Shown here in pieces: positions 27,651 through 36,006 of a stretch of 64,000 nt of DNA. The DNA lies in sequence record LT598654.1; one strand, written 5' to 3'. Both the position numbers and the translations under genes were made by a program. Positions within the stretch are counted from its first letter, which is position 1; every line of letters starts with the position of its first letter. The notes beneath the pieces are model-generated. The model was given only the letters and a program-made list of their open reading frames with translations. It did not search any database and was not told where the DNA came from.

Positions 27651-28786
27651 TACTCACTATCCCCTTCGAATTTGATATTGAAATTAATCAAGTTAATGTC
27701 TTCGAAAGGCATTACTTGGTCTGCTCGGTTGACAATAACTGCTGCATCCGAACCTGGTTCACCTACATCGAGAATCATCAACGGGTAACCATCTTTACGA
27801 ACAGTTTCTTCATCCGTATTAACATCGTACTGGTAAAGGTTCGGGTACGTATCAAAGCTAGAATCACTTTGGTTGGCACCTGAGAACATAATAACACCCC
27901 ACGTAATATCGACAGGTGTTTGCTGGATACCAGGATCTGCTTTAGAACAGAAGTGCATGTGTCGCCAATATGGATTCGTGTTACCTGTATCACCGAAAGT
28001 TATACGAATCTTGCTTGTGGTAAATGTCTCAGCGAAATCAATCAAGCAGACTGCGTTACGTCCATTGATTAACTGAGTATCATCGAGAGTGTCTACTTGA
28101 ACCCATTGAGAAGTAGCACTATCCCAACGGTCAATTGTTGCAGTAGTTGGCGTATAGTTACCGCTTGCAGAACCTTGACCAATCCACATACTATCGATAG
28201 GTACTTCCTGATCGAAGATATACACCAAAGGATAGCGATAAGCATAACGACTTAACCCTGCACTTTTGGCATAAGTGTTCTTCAGGAGGCGTTCTTCACG
28301 GTAACGATAACCGTTGATATTATAAATATCTTGAAGTTCACGCATATACAAGAAGCTAGCTTCGTCTTGGTAGGGAGTGTTGAAGTAGGTGGAGTCTTGA
28401 GCAGATTCACCTTCTTCGAACATGTTCTCAGGACCTCTGTGCGTTCGTGCAAGAGTACCTACCGAATGATTATAGACATACCGACCGAGTTCATCAAAGT
28501 ACTTGACGCCTTTAACTGCCATGTGTGCAGCGTAGTGGGTATAGTCAAATTCGCTTGTTTCGTTTCCTGTTACTGTATGTGTACCGTAAATTTGGTTAAA
28601 CGCAACAGCGGTTTTTGCTAACTCTACAGGACTTTTCTGCAAAGCTAGAGGTATATCATCAGCACTAGTTGGAGGAGTGCCGTCGAACAGAAACAAGATA
28701 GCGTAATTGTTATAGCTATTTGTGTCTGCGTTCTGCATACTACCCCAACCATAGGTTAGAGAAGATTCAGTAAAAAGAGTATACAT
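27650..28786 (-). CDS. Paralog-array virion protein, long form
   Basis: 378 aa; LFDGTPPTSADDIP; YIFDQEVPID; ITWGVIMF; DVGEPGSDA. Confidence 0.8.
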   Translation of the reverse strand: MYTLFTESSLTYGWGSMQNADTNSYNNYAILFLFDGTPPTSADDIPLALQKSPVELAKTAVAFNQIYGTHTVTGNETSEFDYTHYAAHMAVKGVKYFDELGRYVYNHSVGTLARTHRGPENMFEEGESAQDSTYFNTPYQDEASFLYMRELQDIYNINGYRYREERLLKNTYAKSAGLSRYAYRYPLVYIFDQEVPIDSMWIGQGSASGNYTPTTATIDRWDSATSQWVQVDTLDDTQLINGRNAVCLIDFAETFTTSKIRITFGDTGNTNPYWRHMHFCSKADPGIQQTPVDITWGVIMFSGANQSDSSFDTYPNLYQYDVNTDEETVRKDGYPLMILDVGEPGSDAAVIVNRADQVMPFEDINLINFNIKFEGDSE

Positions 28787-28801
28787 TAGTGTTCCTCACA
28801 A

Positions 28802-29872
28802 CTAAGAGCCGAAGCCTTGAAAGTTAATGTTCAGTTTACTAGGCTTTGCTACACCTAAGTAGGTCACATTAGGATCAACTAGTTCTACGGTAGAACCTGA
28901 ACCTGTTGCACCTACATCGAACAAAATCATGGGAGCAGGGTAGTCCAATGCACGATAGCTAAACGTACCTGTGATAGAAGCTGCATACGAACTGAAATCA
29001 GGAAGAGGAATAAAAATTCCCCAAGTAGGTGTTCTAATGTCCGTTTCGGTTGCTGCTACGTAAGGCTGCTGGTTTGTGAACAGGGACACCGAACTAACTG
29101 ACCAGTGTGGGTTACCTACAACATCAGTTGCTTCTGCTCTTGCGGCAGCGCCTCCTCTACAGGTGAGTCTAAGCTGAGAGATACCTGTTAAACTAAGAGG
29201 TGTAGTAAGATTCAAAATACCTGTCTGCAAAACATCCGTATCGAATGTTTGATGTTGCACCCAATCGCCAGCACCTGCGTTAAGAGTTTCATCAAAGTAG
29301 TCAAGGCTAACGCTGGTTGCACGAGTCGTATCAGAACCTGAACTTCCCTGATACGTTCGGGTGTAAGTAACATTACGTTGGACAAAACCAAAACCTGTCA
29401 GAGAAATAGAACCACCCGAGCCGTCGTCTAAATCAGGAAGGTCTATAGGTATGTAAGCGCCTTCACCTGTTCCGCAATTTAGATACAACCACTCACTTTG
29501 CTCACGGAAAGCAGAGTAATGAAAGAAAGAAGACCAGTCCCAGCTTAATGGGTCTAAGGAAGCGAACTCACTAGACCAAGCATGTTTGACAGGTATAACA
29601 AAATCAGTAACACCTACAGTAGCTCCGTAAACTCCTGCTTGTTCGTTAAATGGAACTGTTACTAAACCTGGTGAGTACGAAGCAGTCTGAGGCCCGACTC
29701 GTTTTAATCCTACAAAATTTGACTCAGCAAATACTTCTTGGATAACGGTTGGGTCAAATGCTAACTCGCCTAAATTCGTCGGAACAGTACCATCAAATAA
29801 GAGAAGTGCTCCGCTAGGAACATTCTCTGTAAATGATTCGGACATTACCGAACTCAGATTAATACCTTGCAT
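28802..29872 (-). CDS. Paralog-array virion protein, long form
   Basis: 356 aa; LFDGTVPT...LAFD; FDETLNAGAGDW; PTWGIFIP; DVGATGSGSTVEL. Confidence 0.8.
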   Translation of the reverse strand: MQGINLSSVMSESFTENVPSGALLLFDGTVPTNLGELAFDPTVIQEVFAESNFVGLKRVGPQTASYSPGLVTVPFNEQAGVYGATVGVTDFVIPVKHAWSSEFASLDPLSWDWSSFFHYSAFREQSEWLYLNCGTGEGAYIPIDLPDLDDGSGGSISLTGFGFVQRNVTYTRTYQGSSGSDTTRATSVSLDYFDETLNAGAGDWVQHQTFDTDVLQTGILNLTTPLSLTGISQLRLTCRGGAAARAEATDVVGNPHWSVSSVSLFTNQQPYVAATETDIRTPTWGIFIPLPDFSSYAASITGTFSYRALDYPAPMILFDVGATGSGSTVELVDPNVTYLGVAKPSKLNINFQGFGS

Positions 29873-29880
29873 TTGTTTTC

Positions 29881-30945
29881 CTATTGCTTAAACAGAAGGT
29901 TGAATTTGTGTACCTGTGGATATTGACCATTAGGAACTGGATTGTTGATAAGTTCAATCGTTGCACCTGAACCTGCATCACCCACATCCGCAAGCATAAT
30001 CGGAACTTCTATTTGTGTGTTTTGATTTAAGTCGAAAGGTACAGTAGCGGGCCAACTATCAGAACTCCATGCGAACGATTGGTTATTAGGAACAACCAAT
30101 GCCCACGTATATGTAGGTGAGCTACTTATAACTGTTTTAGTCTGGAGCGCAAAACTACTACATGACCAATGTGGGTCACCACTAGATACGATGTAGCCGT
30201 TAAGTACAGGACCGTCTATACAACGAATACGAAGTAAGTCTCGCCCTATAATAGGTGTAGCAAGTTTCCTACTACCAAAGGAGTTAGCATCTACGTTAGT
30301 GTTTGGTCCGTTGATCCACGTACTTGTGTCCCTGTCATAATAATCCAACGATGCTACGGTACATCGAGTGTTATACGAACCGGAACCCTGCCAACTAGGA
30401 CGCTTCTGTCTGGAGTTTATTGTACGCTGCCTAAAGTTCCACGCATCAATTTGATACGTATCCTTAATAGACTCGTCCAATTTAATATATAGACAACTGC
30501 CCTCACGACCTATCCGAGTAAAGTTGCTGTTGTTGTATACATTGCTAAGTTCTTTGAACGTACCGAAATTAGTCCAGCGTGTCATCGGACCTGTTGTGTC
30601 AGCAGTACAGTACTTTATAGGTAAGTTATACAACTGAGTTTCTACTGTAGTCGTACCGCCTTCACCGTCGTCAACGGACTCACTCAATGTTGAGATTAAA
30701 CTGTCGTCGGTGAATACTTTTGGGGCTGGCTGTAAACGACTTTCACCAGGAGTATACGCTCCTGTTTTTTCGGTGTAATAGTCAATGGATAAACAATTGT
30801 CTTGGATAGCTGCTAAATCGGTATAGTCAAAAGGCAAAGAAGCTATGTCAGAAGGCATAGCTCCACCGAAGTAAAACACATAAAAACCTACTGTGTTGTT
30901 ACCCATGCCGTATGACAGTACCCTGTTTAAATTAATAGCCTGCAT
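29881..30945 (-). CDS. Paralog-array virion protein, long form
   Basis: 354 aa; YFGGAMPSDIASLPFD; YTWALVVP; DVGDAGSGATIEL. Confidence 0.8.
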   Translation of the reverse strand: MQAINLNRVLSYGMGNNTVGFYVFYFGGAMPSDIASLPFDYTDLAAIQDNCLSIDYYTEKTGAYTPGESRLQPAPKVFTDDSLISTLSESVDDGEGGTTTVETQLYNLPIKYCTADTTGPMTRWTNFGTFKELSNVYNNSNFTRIGREGSCLYIKLDESIKDTYQIDAWNFRQRTINSRQKRPSWQGSGSYNTRCTVASLDYYDRDTSTWINGPNTNVDANSFGSRKLATPIIGRDLLRIRCIDGPVLNGYIVSSGDPHWSCSSFALQTKTVISSSPTYTWALVVPNNQSFAWSSDSWPATVPFDLNQNTQIEVPIMLADVGDAGSGATIELINNPVPNGQYPQVHKFNLLFKQ

Positions 30946-30964
30946 ATTTAGCGCCTTAAAGCAG

Positions 30965-30993
30965 AAAAGGGAGGGGGCTTACGCCCTACTCCC
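30965..30993 (-). terminator. Rho-independent terminator between the fibre-base genes and the paralog array
   Basis: On -: GGGAGTAGGGC-GTAA-GCCCCCTCCC followed by TTTT, overlapping the stop of ORF 30986. Confidence 0.6.
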
Positions 30994-31402
30994 GAACCAC
31001 TGAAAATACTGCGCGACCCAACGTAGGTGTCGAGTTAAATACGATGGTTACCGTATTAGCATCTGTTGTTTCAACATCATCAGGAACTATGACTTTACCG
31101 TTCTCGTCAAAGATTTGAACGATATAAAGTTCACTGTTCATGTTGTGGGCGATAACCCAAGTAGTTGCAGCACTCTCTTGTACGTGAACAAAAGTATCTG
31201 CATTACCTGCAACGTCATCCAACAGCACAGCTTGTAAGGTTCCATCAATGTTCATCAGAATCTCACCAGCAGACAACTGAATGCCTGATAACTGACGAGG
31301 ACCTGCACCTTGACGAACAATAACAGAATTAGCAGCAACGTCTGCTGCCAGGTAGGGACGTAATGGAAGTTCCGTCTGAACGAAATCAGTAAATGCACTC
31401 AT
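30986..31402 (-). CDS. Virion/fibre-associated structural protein
   Basis: C-terminal FVHVQ..A..TWVIAHNM...VQIFD...D...DANTVTIVF...GRA is a common phage appendage beta-domain. Confidence 0.7.
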   Translation of the reverse strand: MSAFTDFVQTELPLRPYLAADVAANSVIVRQGAGPRQLSGIQLSAGEILMNIDGTLQAVLLDDVAGNADTFVHVQESAATTWVIAHNMNSELYIVQIFDENGKVIVPDDVETTDANTVTIVFNSTPTLGRAVFSVVRE

Positions 31403-33057
31403 TATTCAGTCTCCTCGAATTCAAGGATAAGAGTACCCGAAGTATTAGAACCTGCGAATGCACTATCGGAAATCCAAACGTAGTCGCCGGTAGGATCAAG
31501 GTCACCGTTGCTATCAACAATAGTGAAACCTTTCTGTACGTCAGACTTATCCGCTTGGTAAGTAAGAACGTCAGCACCCTTGTACGACACGATAACATTG
31601 TTCACATCGTATACGTTAGTACCGATTGCAACCGACTGCGAAAGAGCAGGAACAGTAAGGTCACGTTGAACAATACCAGCAACCAGATAATTTGCACCAC
31701 TTGTGAGAGTAGAGCCATCTGTGTTTGCCAGGTTGGTAATAGTCAGACCGCTGAACGTGTGGTTGCCTTTGGCTACAGAATCATCAATCGTTAAAGTAGT
31801 ACGATAACGAGAGTCAGACACCTTAGTCCAAGAACCAGACAGAGTACCGCCCGATGCTACCAAAGAAGTTGGAGCGTTCAGGAGTTTCTGGTCAGCACGT
31901 ACTTCGATTGTGTAGTCTTCACCCGCTGCGCTTGAACGCAACGAAGAAGGAGAACCAACGATAATAATCTGTGCATCAACCACATCGTTTGCAACGTCGA
32001 TTTGCAGATTAGTGGTAGATACGGCACCGTTCGCTGAACGTGTAGCGGTAACAGAAATGTTGTTGGTATCAACTTGGTAACCAATCGTTTCATCGATACG
32101 TGTAACAGTTTTGTTTGACGCATACGAATTAGGATCAGTAACACTCAATCCTGCATTTGGAGTGTACACAACTGAATCCGCATTAGATACAGTCATATCA
32201 AAGGTCATGCTTTCGTTACCCTTGATAGCCTGCTGTCCTGCTGGATAGTTTTCAGTAACAGCACCGAATGAAGGATAAACTTGGCTAACCGTCATTGTGT
32301 CTGCGCTAGTGAACGGGTCACCGTCAGTTCCTAACAAGTTAGTACCGTATGCACGAATGCTAAGTTCACCGCTACGACTTGAAACAGTAAATGAACCTGT
32401 GAATGACTTATAGCCAACACCTGCGCTATCAGCAGCGCCAAGGGTAAGGTTCTTTTCTTGACCGCTAACACCGAAGTTAACCAATGTAACAGTCTCAGCG
32501 TCGTTACCGATAACACCAGAAACAGAAACAGTGTCGCCTGCTTTTACTTCTGTTTGAGAACCAGGATAAGCACCCAAGTTCAGGTCAGTGATTTCAGGAC
32601 CGCCGATCAGGATTGTAAGAGGAACAGTGTACTCAGTACCCGTTGAACTAACAACAACAATGTCTTCTTCAAGGGCTTCTTCGTCAACTGTAATGTCTAC
32701 ATATCCGTAGAACACACGCGGGTTGGATGGATCAGCACTAATGTTAGCCGGGTCAGCAGCGATACCGTTAACAGTAACATCAACAGTGGTAGCACCTACG
32801 TTAGGCTCAGCTAAGAAATGGACACGTACATCAGCAGTGTTCGTAACTGCTCCTGACAGGTAGTAGTCAGCAGGCAGAGTACCAGCATGATATTCTTTAA
32901 GACCGACCAAGCCTCCCGAAGTAGGCTCAATGTCGATAACAAAAATACCACCGGCAGTCCGTCTGTCAACGTATTGCTTAGGCGTTGCGTGTAAATCAGA
33001 TGCAGGATCACCTGATAAAGTCGCTTGCCCAACAACTGTAGGACTATGGAGTTTCAT
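31402..33057 (-). CDS. Large Ig-like-repeat virion/fibre protein
   Basis: 551 aa; HATPKQYVD fibre-type motif near the N-terminus; T/S/V/G-rich beta repeats; GAGG RBS. Confidence 0.7.
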   Translation of the reverse strand: MKLHSPTVVGQATLSGDPASDLHATPKQYVDRRTAGGIFVIDIEPTSGGLVGLKEYHAGTLPADYYLSGAVTNTADVRVHFLAEPNVGATTVDVTVNGIAADPANISADPSNPRVFYGYVDITVDEEALEEDIVVVSSTGTEYTVPLTILIGGPEITDLNLGAYPGSQTEVKAGDTVSVSGVIGNDAETVTLVNFGVSGQEKNLTLGAADSAGVGYKSFTGSFTVSSRSGELSIRAYGTNLLGTDGDPFTSADTMTVSQVYPSFGAVTENYPAGQQAIKGNESMTFDMTVSNADSVVYTPNAGLSVTDPNSYASNKTVTRIDETIGYQVDTNNISVTATRSANGAVSTTNLQIDVANDVVDAQIIIVGSPSSLRSSAAGEDYTIEVRADQKLLNAPTSLVASGGTLSGSWTKVSDSRYRTTLTIDDSVAKGNHTFSGLTITNLANTDGSTLTSGANYLVAGIVQRDLTVPALSQSVAIGTNVYDVNNVIVSYKGADVLTYQADKSDVQKGFTIVDSNGDLDPTGDYVWISDSAFAGSNTSGTLILEFEETE

Positions 33058-33170
33058 CTATATACCTCATTAAGTGAGATTTGTATTTAACCGATTAAAT
33101 AGGAGTCAATGAGATAACACCTACTGTTAAATTAGTAAAATACTGCTCAACAATTTTATCAGACAGAGGC

Positions 33171-33196
33171 AAGAAAAGGGAGCGAATGCTCCCTTC
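33171..33196 (-). terminator. Rho-independent terminator
   Basis: AAGGGAGC/GCTCCCTT stem followed by a T-rich run on -. Confidence 0.65.
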
Positions 33197-33504
33197 TATA
33201 GAAGAAATGTTTTTAAGCCTTTGCGTTTGAGCTTCTTGTATATTCCGGGCTGGTCGGTAATGAAATAATCAAAATCCAAAGAGCTGATTGAATCTACTTT
33301 AGAAAAGTTTATACCGTGAATCTGCTGGACTCTTGTCAGTTGTGCAAATACAGGACACCCGAATTTAAACACGAAGGATACACCGGGGCTACTTATCTGC
33401 TCTCTTTCGCAAACTCGTCGCCTCAGTCGAGTAAACACCTGTTCTAAATAGGCTTGGTCGTAGTCCTTAGATTGGGAGGTTACGACGGCTACTTCTACTA
33501 ACAT
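33196..33504 (-). CDS. Hypothetical protein
   Basis: 102-aa ORF ending at the terminator. Confidence 0.6.
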   Translation of the reverse strand: MLVEVAVVTSQSKDYDQAYLEQVFTRLRRRVCEREQISSPGVSFVFKFGCPVFAQLTRVQQIHGINFSKVDSISSLDFDYFITDQPGIYKKLKRKGLKTFLL

Positions 33505-33676
33505 GTTTTCCTCGCTTTGGGTTTAAAGGGTTACGTACTGTTTTGCGCTCAGTCCAAGGACCCCACGTTCCGCACGACTCACAAGAATAAGATTCCTGAC
33601 CCATCATAGGAATGCGTGTAACCTCTTTATGGCATTGAGGACAAACAGGAATCCTAGTTCTTTTATCCGTCTTCAT
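33467..33676 (-). CDS. Small zinc-ribbon protein
   Basis: CPQC-(x17)-CESC. Confidence 0.6.
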   Translation of the reverse strand: MKTDKRTRIPVCPQCHKEVTRIPMMGQESYSCESCGTWGPWTERKTVRNPLNPKRGKHVSRSSRRNLPI

Positions 33677-33947
33677 TATCCAACTCCGACAACTCAGGTT
33701 TAGGTGGATAGTGGATACCGTAAGCAGCCAGTTTCCTTTCTAAACGTTTGATGTAAGCATTCTGTACTTTAATCTGGTCTTTCTTAGCAATCAGATCATC
33801 GATAGCCAAGTGAGCAAGCCAATGATGGTCTCCACTAGTATCAGAGAAACCTTGCATTGTTTTGGATAACTCTTGCAGATTCTTTTTGCGCATAAATAAC
33901 CTAACGGCCCTTAGGATGTACGACAACATAGGAGTTGTCACTGTCAT
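33663..33947 (-). CDS. Hypothetical protein
   Basis: 94 aa with a coiled-coil C-terminus. Confidence 0.6.
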   Translation of the reverse strand: MTVTTPMLSYILRAVRLFMRKKNLQELSKTMQGFSDTSGDHHWLAHLAIDDLIAKKDQIKVQNAYIKRLERKLAAYGIHYPPKPELSELDNEDG

Positions 33948-34428
33948 TAAATTCAGCGAGGTTTAACATAAACTCCCGCGCTCTTTCACCACGATCATTT
34001 ACAATGTGGTTTTTACTTTCTACATCAGAATTGTAATCTGCCTGTGCATACATTGATAAAGCACTGGTTGCCTGGGTTAGCATATCTTCGAGTTTATCAA
34101 TGTATACATCCCTTACCGCTAATTCCGCAGCAATATCCATTTTACGATCAAGCTTTTCAGTAGTCATTGCATGAACGTGGTTACCGTACGCACCCGGTAT
34201 TTGCTCAACGTCACGGTAGAAGTAATTCTTGCTAAGTTCGAAAGTCTCTCCGTTAACAAACACATATTTTGCATGACTGCCCTTTTCAATAACCTCCGGT
34301 AGTTCATCAGGAACTAAACGTCCCTGGAAATCTTCTAGGTCAATGTGCTGGACATTGGTGTCATGTTTGTTTTGGTACACAACGCGAACATGGCTAGGTT
34401 CTTTGATTGTTATAGTTTTTATTGACAT
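33901..34428 (-). CDS. Hypothetical phage protein
   Basis: 175 aa; HVHAMTTEKL..KMDIAAELAVRD..I..L resembles a motif I recall from many phage small proteins. Confidence 0.7.
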   Translation of the reverse strand: MSIKTITIKEPSHVRVVYQNKHDTNVQHIDLEDFQGRLVPDELPEVIEKGSHAKYVFVNGETFELSKNYFYRDVEQIPGAYGNHVHAMTTEKLDRKMDIAAELAVRDVYIDKLEDMLTQATSALSMYAQADYNSDVESKNHIVNDRGERAREFMLNLAEFNDSDNSYVVVHPKGR

Positions 34429-34724
34429 TGCTGACTACCTATTGTGTATCCTTCAAGTAAACCTTTCAAGAAGCTAACGATGGTGTCGGCGCAACCTTTC
34501 GCGTGTTCAACTTCTTGATGTGCGTTACCTTGAAGAACGTATGTTTCAAAATACGACTCGTACTCGCTGTGCTTTAAACGTCCTAACAGTCCTCGCTTAG
34601 GTACACGTTTGCGTTCTTCTACAATATGAAAGCTTCTACCGGTTGTTTTATTAACGCTATCGACAAGTACTGCAATACCTCGATGGTTAGTGGCATTCTT
34701 TCCTTCAATTGTATTTGTAGGCAT
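34419..34724 (-). CDS. Hypothetical protein
   Basis: 101-aa ORF in the operon. Confidence 0.65.
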   Translation of the reverse strand: MPTNTIEGKNATNHRGIAVLVDSVNKTTGRSFHIVEERKRVPKRGLLGRLKHSEYESYFETYVLQGNAHQEVEHAKGCADTIVSFLKGLLEGYTIGSQQCQ

Positions 34725-34744
34725 TTCCCCTCCTAGCCCTTTAT

Positions 34745-34927
34745 TTATTTATTTACAAAGGTTATTCTACTTATATGAACCCAGTCTATTTCACCGGCTC
34801 TGTCTAGGGCTACTCGATGATTCAACCAGTCGAGCGCCCAAACTCTGTACGTTCCTGCATCACCAGAAACCTTAGCGTATTGCCAAGATTCTGGTAACGG
34901 AGGCATTTTTGATTTATTCCTCGACAC
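34745..34927 (-). CDS. Small hypothetical protein (YopX-like beta fragment possible)
   Basis: 60 aa; overlaps the upstream stop. Confidence 0.5.
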   Translation of the reverse strand: MSRNKSKMPPLPESWQYAKVSGDAGTYRVWALDWLNHRVALDRAGEIDWVHISRITFVNK

Positions 34928-35978
34928 TGCTTATGCCGCCTTTTTCAAGACCTTCGCTCACGTAAACTTTACGTATACCCAATTGAGTAAGAGCATCGCG
35001 ATAGGTTTCGGTTACATACTCGGCAATATGTTCAACCGTTGTTTCAACATCCATGACAATAGCATCGCTTTCATATACTGATTGCTGCATAGTTCCACGG
35101 CTACTGGTATACTCAACAATAATACGAGGTTCTTCGCCTTCACTGCCTGGTATACGCTGCAAAATGTTTTGATCCCAGATAAACGTCTTTTGGTCGAGTT
35201 CTTTGACGATAGACTGAATTTCTGTTTCGTAAAACCAGCGTGTACCAGGAGTAGCGCGATCATGATTCTGCCAAATGCTTGCATTTAACTGGAACGCCAG
35301 GTAACTGATATGACCGTGTGCTATATTCTGACAACCGAATGAAGTAGAATGTTTAAGACCGTGCGTGTAACGGAACGTGTAACCGTGAAGTTCAGGATCA
35401 CTTAATGCAGGGAACGAAAAGTTATTGGTAAGAGTAGCAACAACTGTTATGGTTTCGCCGTCTTCTGCAAATCGTTCTTCAAGGTAACTCGCAATCTCAC
35501 ATTCAGCGGCATACACAATGTCGCGCTCAGTCAACTGAGGCAATGAAGCTAAAGAGATACAATGGCTCTGTGTGTCTTCCATGCAGTTAAGGAAGCGGAA
35601 ACAGTTTGCAGGAGCACGTAGCGTAGTGAAAGGTGTATTTACTTCGATGATCGATTCACCTGTAGGAACGCTTACTATTACACCGTTGTTTTCAACGTCC
35701 TGTGTTACGTTGATTTTGCTACAACTCAATTGCATACTAGGGTGAAGGGTAACCCAACACTTGTGGTCAAAGCCATTGCCAGTATGGTCATCAATCCACT
35801 TCTTGATGCGCTTTTTGGCAGTAGAGAAGTCAATAAGAACATTCTCCACAGGGTCTTCCTCACCTTTTAATTCCAAGTGAAGGTTGAAAGCGTTACCCAC
35901 CAGACGACCGTTAGGTAATATCATACCCAAGTCAATGTTGGTAAGATTCGCGTAATACATTTCTACTACTTTGCTCAT
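34914..35978 (-). CDS. Tandem T-fold 6-carboxytetrahydropterin synthase-like protein (COG0720/QueD family)
   Basis: IDFSTAKKRIK..ID...FDHK (domain 1); YTHGLKHS..GCQNIAHGH metal/Cys motif, ETTVEHIAEY and VSEGLEKG (domain 2). Confidence 0.75.
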   Translation of the reverse strand: MSKVVEMYYANLTNIDLGMILPNGRLVGNAFNLHLELKGEEDPVENVLIDFSTAKKRIKKWIDDHTGNGFDHKCWVTLHPSMQLSCSKINVTQDVENNGVIVSVPTGESIIEVNTPFTTLRAPANCFRFLNCMEDTQSHCISLASLPQLTERDIVYAAECEIASYLEERFAEDGETITVVATLTNNFSFPALSDPELHGYTFRYTHGLKHSTSFGCQNIAHGHISYLAFQLNASIWQNHDRATPGTRWFYETEIQSIVKELDQKTFIWDQNILQRIPGSEGEEPRIIVEYTSSRGTMQQSVYESDAIVMDVETTVEHIAEYVTETYRDALTQLGIRKVYVSEGLEKGGISSVEE

Positions 35979-36006
35979 TATAAATATCCAGTGTTTGTTT
36001 GAATAT

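Noticed and set aside
17235-30945. Diversity-generating retroelement or invertible shufflon behind the paralog array
   Set aside because: No reverse transcriptase, recombinase, TR/VR pair with A-specific mismatches, or inverted crossover sites seen; the paralogs are anciently diverged.
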